DNA of 64,000 nucleotides from the NCBI RefSeq assembly GCF_000143415.4, contig NW_003314262.1, positions 1,539,960 through 1,603,959 of the forward strand. Reading direction: 5' to 3'. The position numbers were made by a program, and so were the translations under genes. Every line of letters starts with the position of its first letter. Position 1 is the first letter of the stretch. The notes below the pieces were generated by a model. It was not told the origin of the DNA and ran no database searches. It worked only from the letters and a program-made list of their open reading frames with translations. Source of the DNA: Selaginella moellendorffii. Lineage: Eukaryota > Plantae > Lycopodiophyta. Positions 22,086 through 35,419 of the stretch are shown here, piece after piece.

Positions 22086-25000
22086 TGTTAGGCGCTAGCT
22101 TTGACCACGTGGTCAATGTTGGTCCAAGGGAGGCTTAAAGGTATATTAAGGCATGTTAGGGTAAGGGAAAAACCCTACCCTAGGGCTCACAATGGAGCGG
22201 TAGTGCAGTGGAGCTTTTGAGGTAGCTCGGGGGTGATTGGATGGTGAGGAACCTCAAGAGGTGGTGTAGCATAGTTTAGGGCGACTAGATTGCTGTTTTT
22301 TTGCGCCAAATCATAACATTGGTATTAGAGGAGTTGGTTGCGATGGCTGACCAAGTTGAATGCTGGAATCCTATTGTCGATGGTGGTGCCGATGATGGTG
22401 CTGACTAAGCTATAGAGATTTGGACCATTCAAGATGTGGTTCATGAGCTACAAGCCCTTAATTGAAATCAGCAAAAGATGCAAGACGAGATGTATGGCAT
22501 GATGGATACCATGCGTGGGCGTGTTGAGGCACTCAAGGCTGGCCAGGGTAGCACTCCAAGTAAGCCTTCTTTGGTAGATCAATTCAAGATTCCAACTTTT
22601 TCTGGTGATGGTGGTGTGGACGAGTGTCTCGCTTAGACAAGAAGAATGGCCAATCTTCTTCTCACAGTAAGTCAAATACTAAAAGGTTGCAAACTTTGTA
22701 GTGTGAGGATGACAAAAACAACCATTCCAATCGGAGGAAGAGACTTTCGATCGTTGCTCATCAGCTCAACTGTGTGTGGAACAAGATGGAGCTCAAGGAT
22801 ATGTGTGAATCATCTTTAATGTTGGAGGGTGTGTTTCGTGGCGATCCAGTGCGGATTTTACTGAATAGTGGGAGCGATGACAACTTTGTTTTAGCAAAGT
22901 TTGTTGCAGAGCATGGCCTGGTCATATGCGGAGTTTTTCCATACACAATGGAAGGGGCAGCTACCTCTGCTCAGCATTTCGATGCTTGTGTCAAGGGGCT
23001 GGAAGTGTTGGTTGGCAAAACCACACTTATGGAGACTTTTCATTTCGTGAATATCCATCGTGTGGATCTCATTCTTGCGATGCCATGGTTGGTGAAGGTG
23101 GATCCAAAGATAAAGTGGAGTATTAAGCGTATCTCTCTGGAGTATGTCGGCGTTAAAGATATGTGGTTTGGCGAGGGCATTCAACCACCAGTTGTTATGC
23201 TCTCTGCTACATCTTTGAAGTAGGCTTGTTGTAATGGAAAAACACTTTTGAGTTACTTGCTATTTATTCGTGACTTGGGGGATCAAGGCACGTGTGGGGG
23301 AGAGTTTTCTGATGTTTTTCCATCTGAACTTCCTCATGGGTTGCCTCTGTTACGAGGTGTGGAGCATGGGATTACATTGGAGCCGGAGACACAACCAATT
23401 TACCTACATCCATTTCGGTTAAGTTATGCAGAGGAGCAAGAAGTTCAATGGAATTACTTGAGTTTAGATTTATTCAGCCAAGTAAGTCTCTGTTTGGTGC
23501 TCCAGTCTTGCTTGTGAAGAAGAAGGACAGTTCAATGCGGATGTGTATTGACTACTGTGCTTTGAACAAGAAAACAGTGAAGGATAAGATGCCGATGCCA
23601 TGTGTGGATGATATCCTAGACAAGCTTGGTGAAACACGAGTGTTTACCAAGATTGATCTGAGGAGCGGATATCATCAGATTGCAATGGATGATGCATCTA
23701 TTTCCAAGACGGCATTCAACACAAGTTTCGAGCATTTTGAGTTTACAGTTATGCCGTTTGGTTTGACAAATGCACTAGCCATATTTACTCGATTGATGAC
23801 GGAGGTATTTGGGCATTATCTTCATGAGTTTATGGAGATTTTCTTGGACGATATTCTTGTTTTTAGCAAGAATATGGAGGAGCATAGGTGCATTTTCACA
23901 AGGTTCTTTTGTTACTTCGAGATAGCAAACTTTATGCGAAGAAGAGCAAATGTGAATTTTCAAAATCAGAGGTGGAATATCTAGGCCATATTGTGACATC
24001 TAAGGGTGTCAAGACAGATCCAAGGAAGGTGGCTGTGGTGGAAAACTAGCCTACACCGACTATAGTGGCCGAGTTGCGCAGTTTTCTTGGTATGGCTAGT
24101 TACTACCAACATTTCCAGCATAAATTTGCAGAGGTGGCTATTCCTTTGATACGGTTGTTACGCAAGAATGTGCCATTTGAGTGGAAGAAGCTACAAGAGG
24201 AGAGTTTTGTGGCATTGAAACGATTGTTGAGCTAGACTCTAGTGCTTCGCATTGCTGATCCATCAAAACCTTATAAGGTGACATGCAATGCAAGCGGTTA
24301 TGCACTGGGAGGAGTTCTTAAGCAAAAGGGATAGCCTATTGCATATAAGAGTTGAACTTTGAATTCCATGGAGCAACACTATTCTATATATGAGCAAGAG
24401 TTACTCTCTATTGTTCATGCTTTGCAGATGTGGTGGCACTATCTTTATGGTGCAATGTTTATGGTGTTGACAGATCACAAACCATTTATGTATCTTTTCA
24501 CACAGAAGGAGTTGAACACTAGGCAAGCTCATTGGATGGTCAAACTCATGGAGTTTGGGGACTTTCCTATTAAGCATCGTCCGAAAAAATAAAATGTGGT
24601 GGCAGATGCTTTATCTCGTATTCGTCATGTGGCGACGTTACAAACATGATTTTGTCATCATTTGAGTAAGGTGGTTAACGAGTTTGGGCTGCTGGTTGAG
24701 CATGCTCAAGCTCAGGATGCTGACGCGGCCTCTTTGCGAGACCAAATGGATGCCCCTTTCTCATTGGTGGATGGGATTCTCTATTACAATGGCTGTGTAT
24801 ATTTGCCATGGATAGATGCATTAATTACTCAAGTTTTATTCGACTATCATGATTGTTCAGAGACCGGTCACTTTGGGGGGAAGAAGACGTATGAGTTGAT
24901 TAAGCGCAACTTTTATTGGAGGAATATGAAGGCTGATATCCTCAAGTATTGTAAATCATGCGAGCTTTGTCAGCGGGTTAAGGTGCCACGGGAGAAGCTA

Positions 25001-26284
25001 GGGGTACTTTTGCAACCTTTACCTATTCCTTAGAGCTGTTGGTGTAGTATCTCTATGGACTTCATCACTTGTTTGCCACGAACATAGAGGTAAAAGGAGC
25101 AAGTATGGGTCATAGTGGATCGGTTAACGAAGTATGTGTGGTTGTTGGCTCTTCGGAAGATTGTCACTGCCTCAAACTTGGCTGCGGTTTACTTGGAGAA
25201 GGTTTTTCCTGATTTTAGTTTGCCAAAGGACATCATTAGTGATCGAGATTCAAAGTTCACCAGTGGATTTTGGAAAAGCTTTGCAAAGGCTATGCAAGTG
25301 ACTTTGAAACTCTTGAGTGGAGATCATCCTCAGACGGATGGGCAAATCGAGCGTGTGAATCAGGTGGTGGAGGATATGCTACATTGTAGCATTGGTCAAA
25401 GGCAAGGACAGTGGGATCTATATCTTTCGTTAGTGCAATTTGCTTACAACAATAACCAACATAGAGGAACCAAGCTAAGTCCTTACTTTGCCATGTTTGG
25501 AAGGCATCCTCGAAAAACGGTGGAGTTGGGATTGCATTTGAGTAAAGATGTTCAAGATAAGCTTGATTCCGAGGTGACTGATCTGGCCACAGAACTTGAT
25601 GAGATTCTGGTGGTGTGCAAATGGAATTTGCAGGTAGCTCAGGATAGAACGGAGAAGGTTGCTAATGAGCATCACTAATTTCGGGAATATAAGGTAGGTG
25701 ATCTCGTCTTTGTGTGAGTGATCTTTCTGTCAAGTGAGCGGTAGAACACCTTGGTGCCTTTACGGACAGGGAAGAGTGATAAACTTTCCCATCGATATGC
25801 TGGTCCATATGAAGTGCTAGAGCGCATTGGTAAAGCGGCTTATCAGGTGTGACTGCCAGCTGGGGTGAAAAGTCATCCGGTATTTTATGTCAGCTAGTTG
25901 AAAGGTGTACTATCTCGGAGTAATGGGCCCAATGCCTCCTTGATGTATACGGTTGTGGAAGATGGACCAGGAGCTTGAGCAGGGTTCCCCAAAAAAGGTG
26001 ATCATTGGTACAACTCGTCTTTGGGACAAGGACTTTGTTGGGGGGAAGAATTGTTAGGCGCCAACTTTGACCACATGGTCAATGTTGGTCAAAGGGAGGC
26101 TCAAGGGTATATTAAGGCATGTTAGGGTAAGGGAAAAATCCTACTCTAGGGCTCATAGTGGAGCGGCAGCGTAGTGGAGCTTTTGAGGTAGCTCGGGGCT
26201 GGTTGGGTGGTGAGGAACCTCAAGAGGTGGCATAGCATAGTCTAGGGTGACTAGATCTTTGTCTTTTTGCGCTAGATCATAACA
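22086..26284 (+). mobile_element. Ty3/Gypsy LTR retrotransposon A (4.2 kb, defective)
   Basis: 233-bp LTRs at 22086-22318 and 26052-26284 (TG...CA). TSD TGCAT on both sides. Met-tRNA-type PBS (TGGTATTAGAG). PPT GGGGGAAGAA. PR-RT-RH-IN order. Confidence 0.95.
22774..25900 (+). pseudogene. Disrupted pol of Gypsy A (protease, RT, RNase H, integrase)
   Basis: ORF fragments with [37 protein letters not shown] and HPQTDGQIER. Multiple stops and frameshifts; gag is largely deleted. Confidence 0.9.
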
Positions 26285-28119
26285 TGCATACTTCAAAAAA
26301 CTTCTAAAGCTTCCAACTCTAAAAACTCTAGGTGACTATGATTTATAAAATAGAATTAAACATGTATTGAAACATTAATAAACATAATTTACCTCCTTGA
26401 GGTTAGAGCCAGCTCACGAAATCCTCTAAGCCAGCATTGAAGAAATAATATTCTTCAATAGCAAACACCAATCTACTAAAGTCATGTACTATCTCCACTA
26501 TAGAATTGCTACTTATTGTGCATTAATCATAACACCATCTAATGGGCAATAGAGAAGTTATAATATGGACCTATCATGCCTTCTGTAAAAACATGTATGA
26601 CAGATTTCGTGATAGTGAGCATGTAACACACGTTTTGCTTGGTATGACAATTTCACTAACATCATACCCAACCTTATAGATGATCAGATCTACAATACAT
26701 TTCTAAATACCTACTCATCTTTTCAAGGCTTGCCTTGGACACCCCTAGTATTAATGCCAACAAGATCCATGATGCACCTGGAGGAGAATAACTTGAAACA
26801 AACTTTTATTGCACACATCATAATCTCATACATCCAATTTAGTAGGATAAAGATGACATGGTTAACTTCGACAATAGTAACATATCAGGTATATGGTCAA
26901 GTGTGAGAAAGTTCTAGATTTTGACTTTCCTATCAATATTTGAAAGATCATTTGGAAAGTTGAAGAAAATGAAGTTTGCAACTAAGAGCAAAGGCCTTTG
27001 TATCTTTTGGCACTAACAGTTAAACTGGCACTATATGTCTATATTTATATTGTCTTCTATGAAAGATGTTAGCAATCTATTGTAGGAGCCAATGAAAACA
27101 CCCGCAATGCCTTGGTGTGTTATTGGGGAAATAAAATAGACCTATAAAAGAGCTAAATGAATGAAAAAAGTAATAAATAATATATTATTGTTATATGGCA
27201 TGTTTTCGATGAGAGTTCTTTCAACTCCTCATCACAAGCATCTTGTTGAGCTGGAATGAAATTATTACCAACAATCATTACTACAAAAAATATATATTAC
27301 CACTTTTGGTTTGTAAAAATCACCTTTATCTACCTCATTGTAACAATGGTGATGTGAGTGATGATCGAGAGGAGGAAGTTCTAAATCAAACTCATATTCC
27401 ACCACCAGATAGCTAGGATTTCCACTAGGATTTGAATCAAGTTCCACCAATAAATGATGATAACCAAGCAATTTAGAGAATATTACATCAACCTATATTA
27501 ACAACTTCCTTCTAGTCTAGTATAAGGCTAAAGAGCTCCAACTCCCAAGGGCAATCTATCTTCTGTGCCTTTAAAACTTTTACAAATATTGTTGGATACA
27601 TTCTTCCATCCCTTACACCTTTAACAACAAGTTGAGTGCAAATGCATGCCTCTATATTAAAAACACCTATAGATAATACATTTAGGAAAGATCCTAGAAA
27701 TCTTATAGGCTGCACATTGCATAAAATAAAGTTGACCATGTTGGCAATCATAAGTTATCATGCTCGTGGACTTTTTTGGCAACCACCCCCTTGTGATCCC
27801 TTCTAAAGATATATTCACAGAGGTGTCGAAGGATATGAAAGTGCCTTTTAGATCACCACTAATATGTGGTGCCAAGAACTTTTTGCTTTCACTCATAGTT
27901 TGTGTGATGTAAATAGTCTTTCTCATCATATTCTCAAATAATTCTAGCAGTTCTTTTTCTTTGTTCATTAAATAGACATCGAGTAACTTCAGAATTTGTA
28001 TGTATTATTTGTATGGAAGCTTTAATTTTTGATATTGTAAATCATATCATCTAGAGTTTTGTTCACTACAAAAGTAACATATGTGTAATTAAGAAAAATA
28101 AAGCATATGATAAAAGTAA

Positions 28120-28830
28120 CAATGCAAATGGTCATGGCCATGATATTTGCTGTTGGGCGTGTGATGAAGTTGGTCATACTTATCAGCATTGTCGGCATTT
28201 TCTGGATTGGCGACCTCCATTTCCTGGGTGGAGACCTTGGTGTCAGCAACGTCTCGTTGGTGCTGCTATAGTGGAAGGTTTGGACACCGAGGTGCATCTG
28301 AGAAACGAGGAGTCGCACGAGTAACGGAGGGACCTTGCGCAAATAAGTCAGTGCCCCCTCCCACTTTCTTTCGAGAGTATCATCAAGGGGTTCACTCGGC
28401 ACTAGTTCATCGAGTATTTACTTTCCAAGCTCATTCTTATAACAAGAGGTCTCCTATTCTTCTCTCCGTGTTGGTTGATATAGGTTCGAGTTTATCTTCT
28501 ATTGCTCAACTTGTTGCCACACGTAGAGATTGTGCATGTGCAGCAATTGAAATGCTTCATACAAAGGGATTAGAAGCAATTAATACCACCTACAGATCCA
28601 CCAATGCCTCCTCCTGATGTTCCTCTAGATCCTGGCCCATCTACAAGAGAACCTTGGTGGTCTTCTATTGTTCTGAGATGAGGGGATGATGTGAGGGCTA
28701 AGTGTATGGCTACAATGCTGTATATTAATATTAATGTAGTGGGATTTTGGTAGCTGTCAAATTAGTTTCAATCACTCCTGTATATGCACATTTTTTGTAT
28801 TCCCTTTCCATATTCCAAGCACTCACAATG
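28120..28830 (+). mobile_element. Fragment of the same Gypsy relic family that hosts transposon copy 1; contains the un-inserted (empty) site
   Basis: The reverse complement of ~28130-28525 matches 668-787 joined directly to 13433 onward. 28740-28830 matches ~14680-14800. Confidence 0.75.
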
Positions 28831-29908
28831 ACTATATCATTGATCTTATTTTATCTTATCATTATTATTATATGTGAATTTATGGTTCTTTATTTTATAT
28901 ATTTTATGACAATATAAATAGCACCTATCACTGTTTAAGTTATTGGAGATATGATATTACTTTTTCCCATTTATATAGAAAGGATGCATTCTCATCAATA
29001 TTTTGTACATGTTTTGGATTTGTTACAAAAACTTTAAAGAGTATAAATAAGGCACATTACATTACCATATTAAGTATGTTGTACTATATTAATCTATGAA
29101 TGGATGAATCCTCATCCATAAATTTATTTTGTGTTGTATTAGAACCTAAACTATAGGCATGTGTTTTAAAGTATTCACACTTACGAATAAAACTCAACTT
29201 GTACTAAGAATCCAATTTGTCATAGAAGAATTTTCATTATTGGTATAACATAACACTTAAGATTTGAAAAACTAATGACACTATTGACAATCAAATTGAA
29301 TATCTTGGATCCACAGGCCATAGCAGAATGTCATTAGTGACATTATTACTAACAATTAAACCTCATGTGCTGAAAACTTTCCTTAAATATATGTGCATGC
29401 ATGTGTTAGACATCATATTATGAAGTGTTCTTCATGCAATGCTATTTAAGATTGTCTAATTTGATATTCAACAGAGTTTAATCCAACCCATGTCTTAGAA
29501 AGAGGAAATGAACACACAATGTTTGTAATCTGACTATGTATGTGGCATCTAGAGGGGAGTGACTGCTACATAGGTGTTGCTGGCTAAGGTGACGTTGCTG
29601 ATGTGGTGGTACTTTGGGATCGGCTGATGTGGCAAATTTGCTGATGTGGCAGTACTTCTTGAGGAGGAGGGTTGTTGCAAGGTTGAAGGCAAGGGAGATG
29701 AGTTCTTCAGAGGTTGTGAACATGGCGTGTATCTTCTACTGGCAAAGGGTGCTTCCTTGATAAGCTTTGCTGCTGTGAGCGCATGCCTCAATGAAGAGAG
29801 TATTCCTTTTAAATTATTGTTTAAACTGTTTTGATAACTATAAAGTTACATGTGAATCAACCTTCACAACTTTCAAAGACTCACTGGGATGGCATGGATC
29901 AGTAAGCT

Positions 29909-32788
29909 CTAGCTGTGTCTCGGGGATCTTTTGTATCCACTGGAGTTCCTATTCACCCGCTTTCTACCCTGGAAAATCCTCGAGCGTGTTAGGCAATCAA
30001 ACCACAATCGATCAGTACCTCGCTGGTAAATGGTTGTGAAGGAGTGGAAGACGACGATGGTTGGAAAGTATAACTCGAGGACGACGGGTCTTCGTACAGG
30101 CCACTCTTGAGAAACGAGGAAGAGGAAGAAGGGACACCGCTGCCAACGTCTAAGCCTTTGCCCATAGCTGCAAGCTTTGTGTCCTTCTTCCTCAGCTCCG
30201 CCTTGAGTTCGTCGATGTGTTCTTCAAGCTCTCGAACAAGCTGGAAGTTGCAAACAAACAGAGACATCGAATGAGAACTTATGAACTTTCGCCATACCTC
30301 TCTGTTTCCAGCCGCGTGACTGAGAACATCGATGTTCCTGTCGACTTCTTCTCTCATCAGTTGGATCGCCTCGTCTCGAGCCTCAACGCCCTTTCGAAGG
30401 ATGTCTACTTCAGCTGTTACTTCGTCCATTTCACTTTCTAGTTGACGCAAGGCCTAAAAGAAACATCTCTTAGAGAAATAAAATTGCGTCTAGAGGAAAA
30501 CCAAAAGCTACCTGTTCGGCACGCACAGCCCGATTGTTCTCGACCAGCTCCTGGCGAAGCTCTTTCACCATGTTTTTCATGCCGTCTAGTTCTTGTGACA
30601 GCTCCAGTTCTCTTTGTCTTGAAAGATTTAGATCCTGATATCACTTTCAAGTTGATTATAATGCGCTGGGTGAGGAAAAAGAAACGTTACCTGCTTGATT
30701 TGAGCGGCAAGTCTAAGCGCTTCGGTGCTTTGCACCGCTTCCTCTTTGATATCATTCAAAACCAAGTCTCTAGATTTTACTTCGTCGTCGAGTGCATTAA
30801 CCTGACTTGTCAGCTGCTCTATCCTTTTCTCTGCTATCAGCAGCGCCTGGGTACAAGCTCAAAGAAATTAGATAATTCTTCTGTGAGATTATTTTCTTCT
30901 TACCTCACGCGTTTTGGCTGCAGAAACCAATATGTTTGAGTTTCTCCTAGACTCTTCACGCATGGCTGATATGAGCTCTTCCTTTCCATCCAGAAGGCTC
31001 TGCAATCAAGCAAAAGTATAAAAGGAGGAGCTGCCGGTCTATATAACGAACCTTTAAAGACGTGACTTCCGTAGTCAGCGAAACCACTTTCTTTTCTGCA
31101 GCCGATAAATCCTCTTTTTGGGACGAAGTCGATCTTATGACCGCCGCTATTGTTTCCTTTTCGTGCTTCAGAGCATCTTCAAGGCGCTTAATGCGCTCCT
31201 CCAGTTCACACTTTTGCTGTTCAGCAGCTGAAAGAGACTGTCTCAACAGACCATAAGTAAAGCATTTGCTTTAACGAGAGATTGCATACCTTAGACACGC
31301 TCTCGAGTTCAGCTCTTGTGTTGGAAAGCTCCTTTTGTAACGCAACAAGCTGCTCATCTTTGGCAAGAAGGTCTACAGCTTGTTTCTCTGTCAATGTTTT
31401 CAGATTCTGAATGAGCATTTGCGCCTTGACCAATTCCTGCACAGCTGAAAATGTAAGTTTAATGACACATGCGCTACTCAGTGAATTCTACAGAGAGCAT
31501 ACTTGAACTGAAAGCTGAAGTGCCTCTGACGAATGCTGGCTTTCTAGCTGTAGGACAGATACAGCATTTTTCCAACCAGAAACAAGTTCATTCAAGTGGC
31601 CAACTTTGTCCAATAAACTCGCCACTCTTTCCTCTACGATGAGAAGGTCCTGCACCTCATATTTCCAGTCAACCACACGAAAGAAACGCCAGAGGTAGAA
31701 GAATACCTGTTGAGATTTTTCTTCAGCATCATTGAGCTGATTATCACTGCTTAATTTGTCGACCGCATCATCTAGAATCACATCGACTTCATGAATGACT
31801 TTTGGAGTTGAATCCTGGAGCGCTTTTAAATGCTGAACCATGTAAATTTCAGATAGTAAATTTGAAAAGCAAAGAAAATGAAACAAAACCTCATGCGCTG
31901 TTCTTATTTCCATCAGTGCCAGCTGAAGTTCATGATCCTTCTCACTAAGCTCTTGTTCCAGCCGTGCATTCAACTCTCTCAACTCATCTCTTGCATCGTC
32001 ATCTTCCTGGAAATTAATTAAGACGCTTCTAAGTGTATAAACGCCTACTAACGCTACTTACATCAAGAGAAGAGGGTGGAAGATTTGCGAAAGCCTGCAA
32101 CAGAAAGAAAAGAGAATCAAGCATCAGAGGAAGCAAACTGTCAAAACTTTAGATTGTCTCACTCACCTTGGAGCGTCTCTTGAAATTGTTCTCAAGGTCA
32201 GTTAGATTAGCTGACACAACGCTAAACAATCTCTTTGCACGCTCATAAGCCATGGTGGCCAACGCTATGGCGGATCTCTCCGCCACCGACGTACACCTCG
32301 AGAGAAGCTCGGAATCTCCATAGGATTTATAAACTCTCACGCTGGTAGTAGCAGAATCCGGCAAAGTCCTACCAAAAATTCGTGTCACCAAGAGAAAAAA
32401 CCAAAGAGAAAAAGAAATGGAGCAAAAGAACTCACCTTGTCGCAATTCCACTACAGTCAATCACGCCCGGTGTCTCGGATGATCCGTGATCTTCTTCTAG
32501 CCGCGGAGGATCATCTCTGCTGCTCTCGAAGGGAATGGCAATCGTCCCAACGATCCCTGGCTCCTCCACAAACTGCTGCTCAACTTCCTCGCCAGTAGCA
32601 ACTACCCTAGCGATGCGATGGCGAGGAATTCTGCGGGGAGAAACTCGCTGGTGACCACGATGGAATTCCAATGGCCTGGAAACCGCAAAGCTGCTGCTCC
32701 TTGCCTGGGACTGGCACGAATTCAAGCTCCAGCACGAATGCCACGGGCAAAGAGAATTCCCACACCACAATTGCATGCTACAAGCCAT
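29909..32788 (-). CDS. Host multi-exon gene: long coiled-coil protein with a putative plastid transit peptide
   Basis: Chain of minus-strand ORFs with heptad-rich E/K/L/Q sequence, separated by ~50-70 nt GT-AG introns (first intron 32435-32369). Ser/Arg-rich, acid-poor N-terminus. Probable last exon GRKRVNRNSSGYKRSPRHS* ending at 29909. Confidence 0.8.
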
Positions 32789-35419
32789 TCTTCGATGGCC
32801 GCATTTGCCCTGCTGCTGCTAGCGAGCTTGCCAGGATCTCGCCCCGGAGCGCTCCATTGCCGCGAGCAACCCTAGCGACGACAAGATAATGGATGCCCTA
32901 ATCCCGCCCAGAGCTCCATAGCTTCCAGAGCTGCGTGGAGAGCATCCAACGTGGTATAAAACACATCCATTTTTATTAGCTTCCACACCTTCCGGCTTTT
33001 CCGTTCGTATAACAACTGTTAAGCTTACCTTTTAAAAACGTTCCAGAAGTATTTATATTTGTGATATTTGAATATTTTAGAAAATATATCTAATGGTATA
33101 ATCTATAAACTTTTATAACCACCTTTTAGTATATTCTAGTTTATTCTACCATCTAATTATAAACTTTCATTTGATCAATTGAATTAATAAATAATAATAT
33201 TGATGCCCCATGCATATATAGCATACCCCATGACAAAAATATTATGCACATAATCATTTTTCAACTGCTAATATAGCAATTGGAAAAGGATTGTATGTAT
33301 AATATTTTTACATGCAATTCAAAATTAAAAAAAAAATCCACACATATGTAAATATATAATGCTTTTATATGCAATCATATATTTGTTTTCATAACACATT
33401 GCATGAAATAATGTTTAATTCACTTAATAGTAATGTTATTCATGTTGACACTTCAAATTGCCATTGGTATGTCATCCCAAATGTTTTTTGGTATTATAAT
33501 GGTTTGTTTTTCTTGGGTATGTTGGAAATTGACAATATAAGCCTTTTATTCTTAGATTTTTGTTTATTGGCTTAAGTTTCATGGTTGTTATAGTGATTGT
33601 GTTATGATGCATTGGAACGCAATGCTTGCATATAAATAAGTAATTAATTTATGCCCATTTCTCTCTAATTCACATGTATTTTTCAATTTAGATTATTTTT
33701 TCTATAGCAAATGAGTTGAGAGTTTTGTGCTAGTATAGAGCGTGGACCATACTTGAGCTCATGAGTTGAAGAGTTGAGCTCCTGAGTTGAGCTCAAGTTT
33801 CAATTATAATTTAATATAAACATTATAAACTTTATTATGGCAAACTTAATAATTTCATAACTCTCTACACATTATATAAATAAAAATGTTCTAAATGACA
33901 CTTCTAGTGCTAGTAATTTTAACTCTCATAATCTTTCTTCCCAAGGTTCAAAGGGTGCAACAAATTGGGTGAAAAAGAATGCTCTCCTACTTATTTTAGA
34001 AAATTGCAATTTCATGACTTTCAAGAAATGCCTATATACTATAAGCTACAAATTTTTCCTTTCCAATTTGCCAACTTACCTCGTCTATCTGTCCGACACT
34101 GCCTTGGCTTTTGCTAAGTTCCCTCGCCAAGGTTCTCGCTTATGGTACCAACTCCTACTTGGTCCTACTTGGTTTCAGCTACTCACTGCATGAGCAATGG
34201 AGTGTTAGCCATCCATCCACGGATTCCCAATCTTTCTCAATCCCCCTCCCCGGGTTAGACTGGACTTAAGGTTCGGCTACACTCCCCGCAAGCACAAGCA
34301 GCCAAGCACACCAAACTTCCAGGTTCCTAACATCCCTTGGTACCACAAGACTTGATCATGGGACCCTCTAAATCCCAAGTCTTGAGTGCAACACTTGCTT
34401 CGAGACGCCAGGGCAAAACACCGTGGCCTAGCGGCCTGGTATGTGTACCTCTACCCCCCCACTTCCATCCCGAAGAAAGGCCCAAGCCCTTAGGAAGGGC
34501 GAGGACCAATGAGCCGCATGGTACTCAAGTGGGGCACCACTCCACATGAGTCGGGAGCACCACAATTGATTTCCCTTTCGGGAGTGGGAGCTGCTCTTGA
34601 GCACTTCCTTGGATGGCCCCTCCGGCACCAACCAAGTCCATACTCACTCCCACCCAAGGCCCCTCGATCCTAGTCTCAACCTCAAGTCGGTTTGGAAGCC
34701 CCACTGGAGAGTCCCTTCAAAACTGGTTCCTGGACCTCACTATCCGTACTATACTTTTGGACCCCTGCAGCCCCCCCCCCCCCCCCTTGGGAGACACACG
34801 CTTTGGGCTTTTCTCGGACTCCGTCTCGAACTCGGTCTCGAACTCGGTCCCCGAGTCGGCCTCGGACTCGATTTCAGACTCTATCTCGAACTCGGTCTCC
34901 AAGTCAGTCTTAGACTTGATCTTAGACTTGGTCCCATCCGATGAACTCTTTGTCATTTTGGTCATGCTTTTGGGGTTCCTTTAGCCTACGACACCTCGGC
35001 GAGTTGGTTCCTTACAACTCCACCACCCATAGAAGAAGTCCGATGCCCACATTGAACGTCTCTCTTTTGATCCTACAACTTGTTGACCATGTCTCCAGGG
35101 GCATCCCCCCACTTAGTGGTGTGCCTAAGTTAGCCTCCCCGGCCAAGAGCCCATGACAACGGAATATAGGTGTCCCTATACTCCTCACCTCACCACGCCT
35201 TAGTATGGGGTCGGGACTTGAACCCAGCCTTGCTTTACCAGGGGGTTGGGACTCGAACCCAACCTCTATAGAATACGTCTACGGATTCGACATCCCCACA
35301 GGGAGTCGGGCGTAGCTCCCTATGCCTGGTCGACCTAGCTAACCCATGCTAATTAGCTTACCTTCGGCGCGCCTTCGGGTCCCAACATATGCCATCGCTC
35401 AACTTCACAAATTGATACT

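Noticed and set aside
26400-27970. Possible decayed gene (ORFs 27265-27968)
   Set aside because: Protein-like in places but fragmented, with no motif I can assign. Probably an old TE relic; not reported as a feature.
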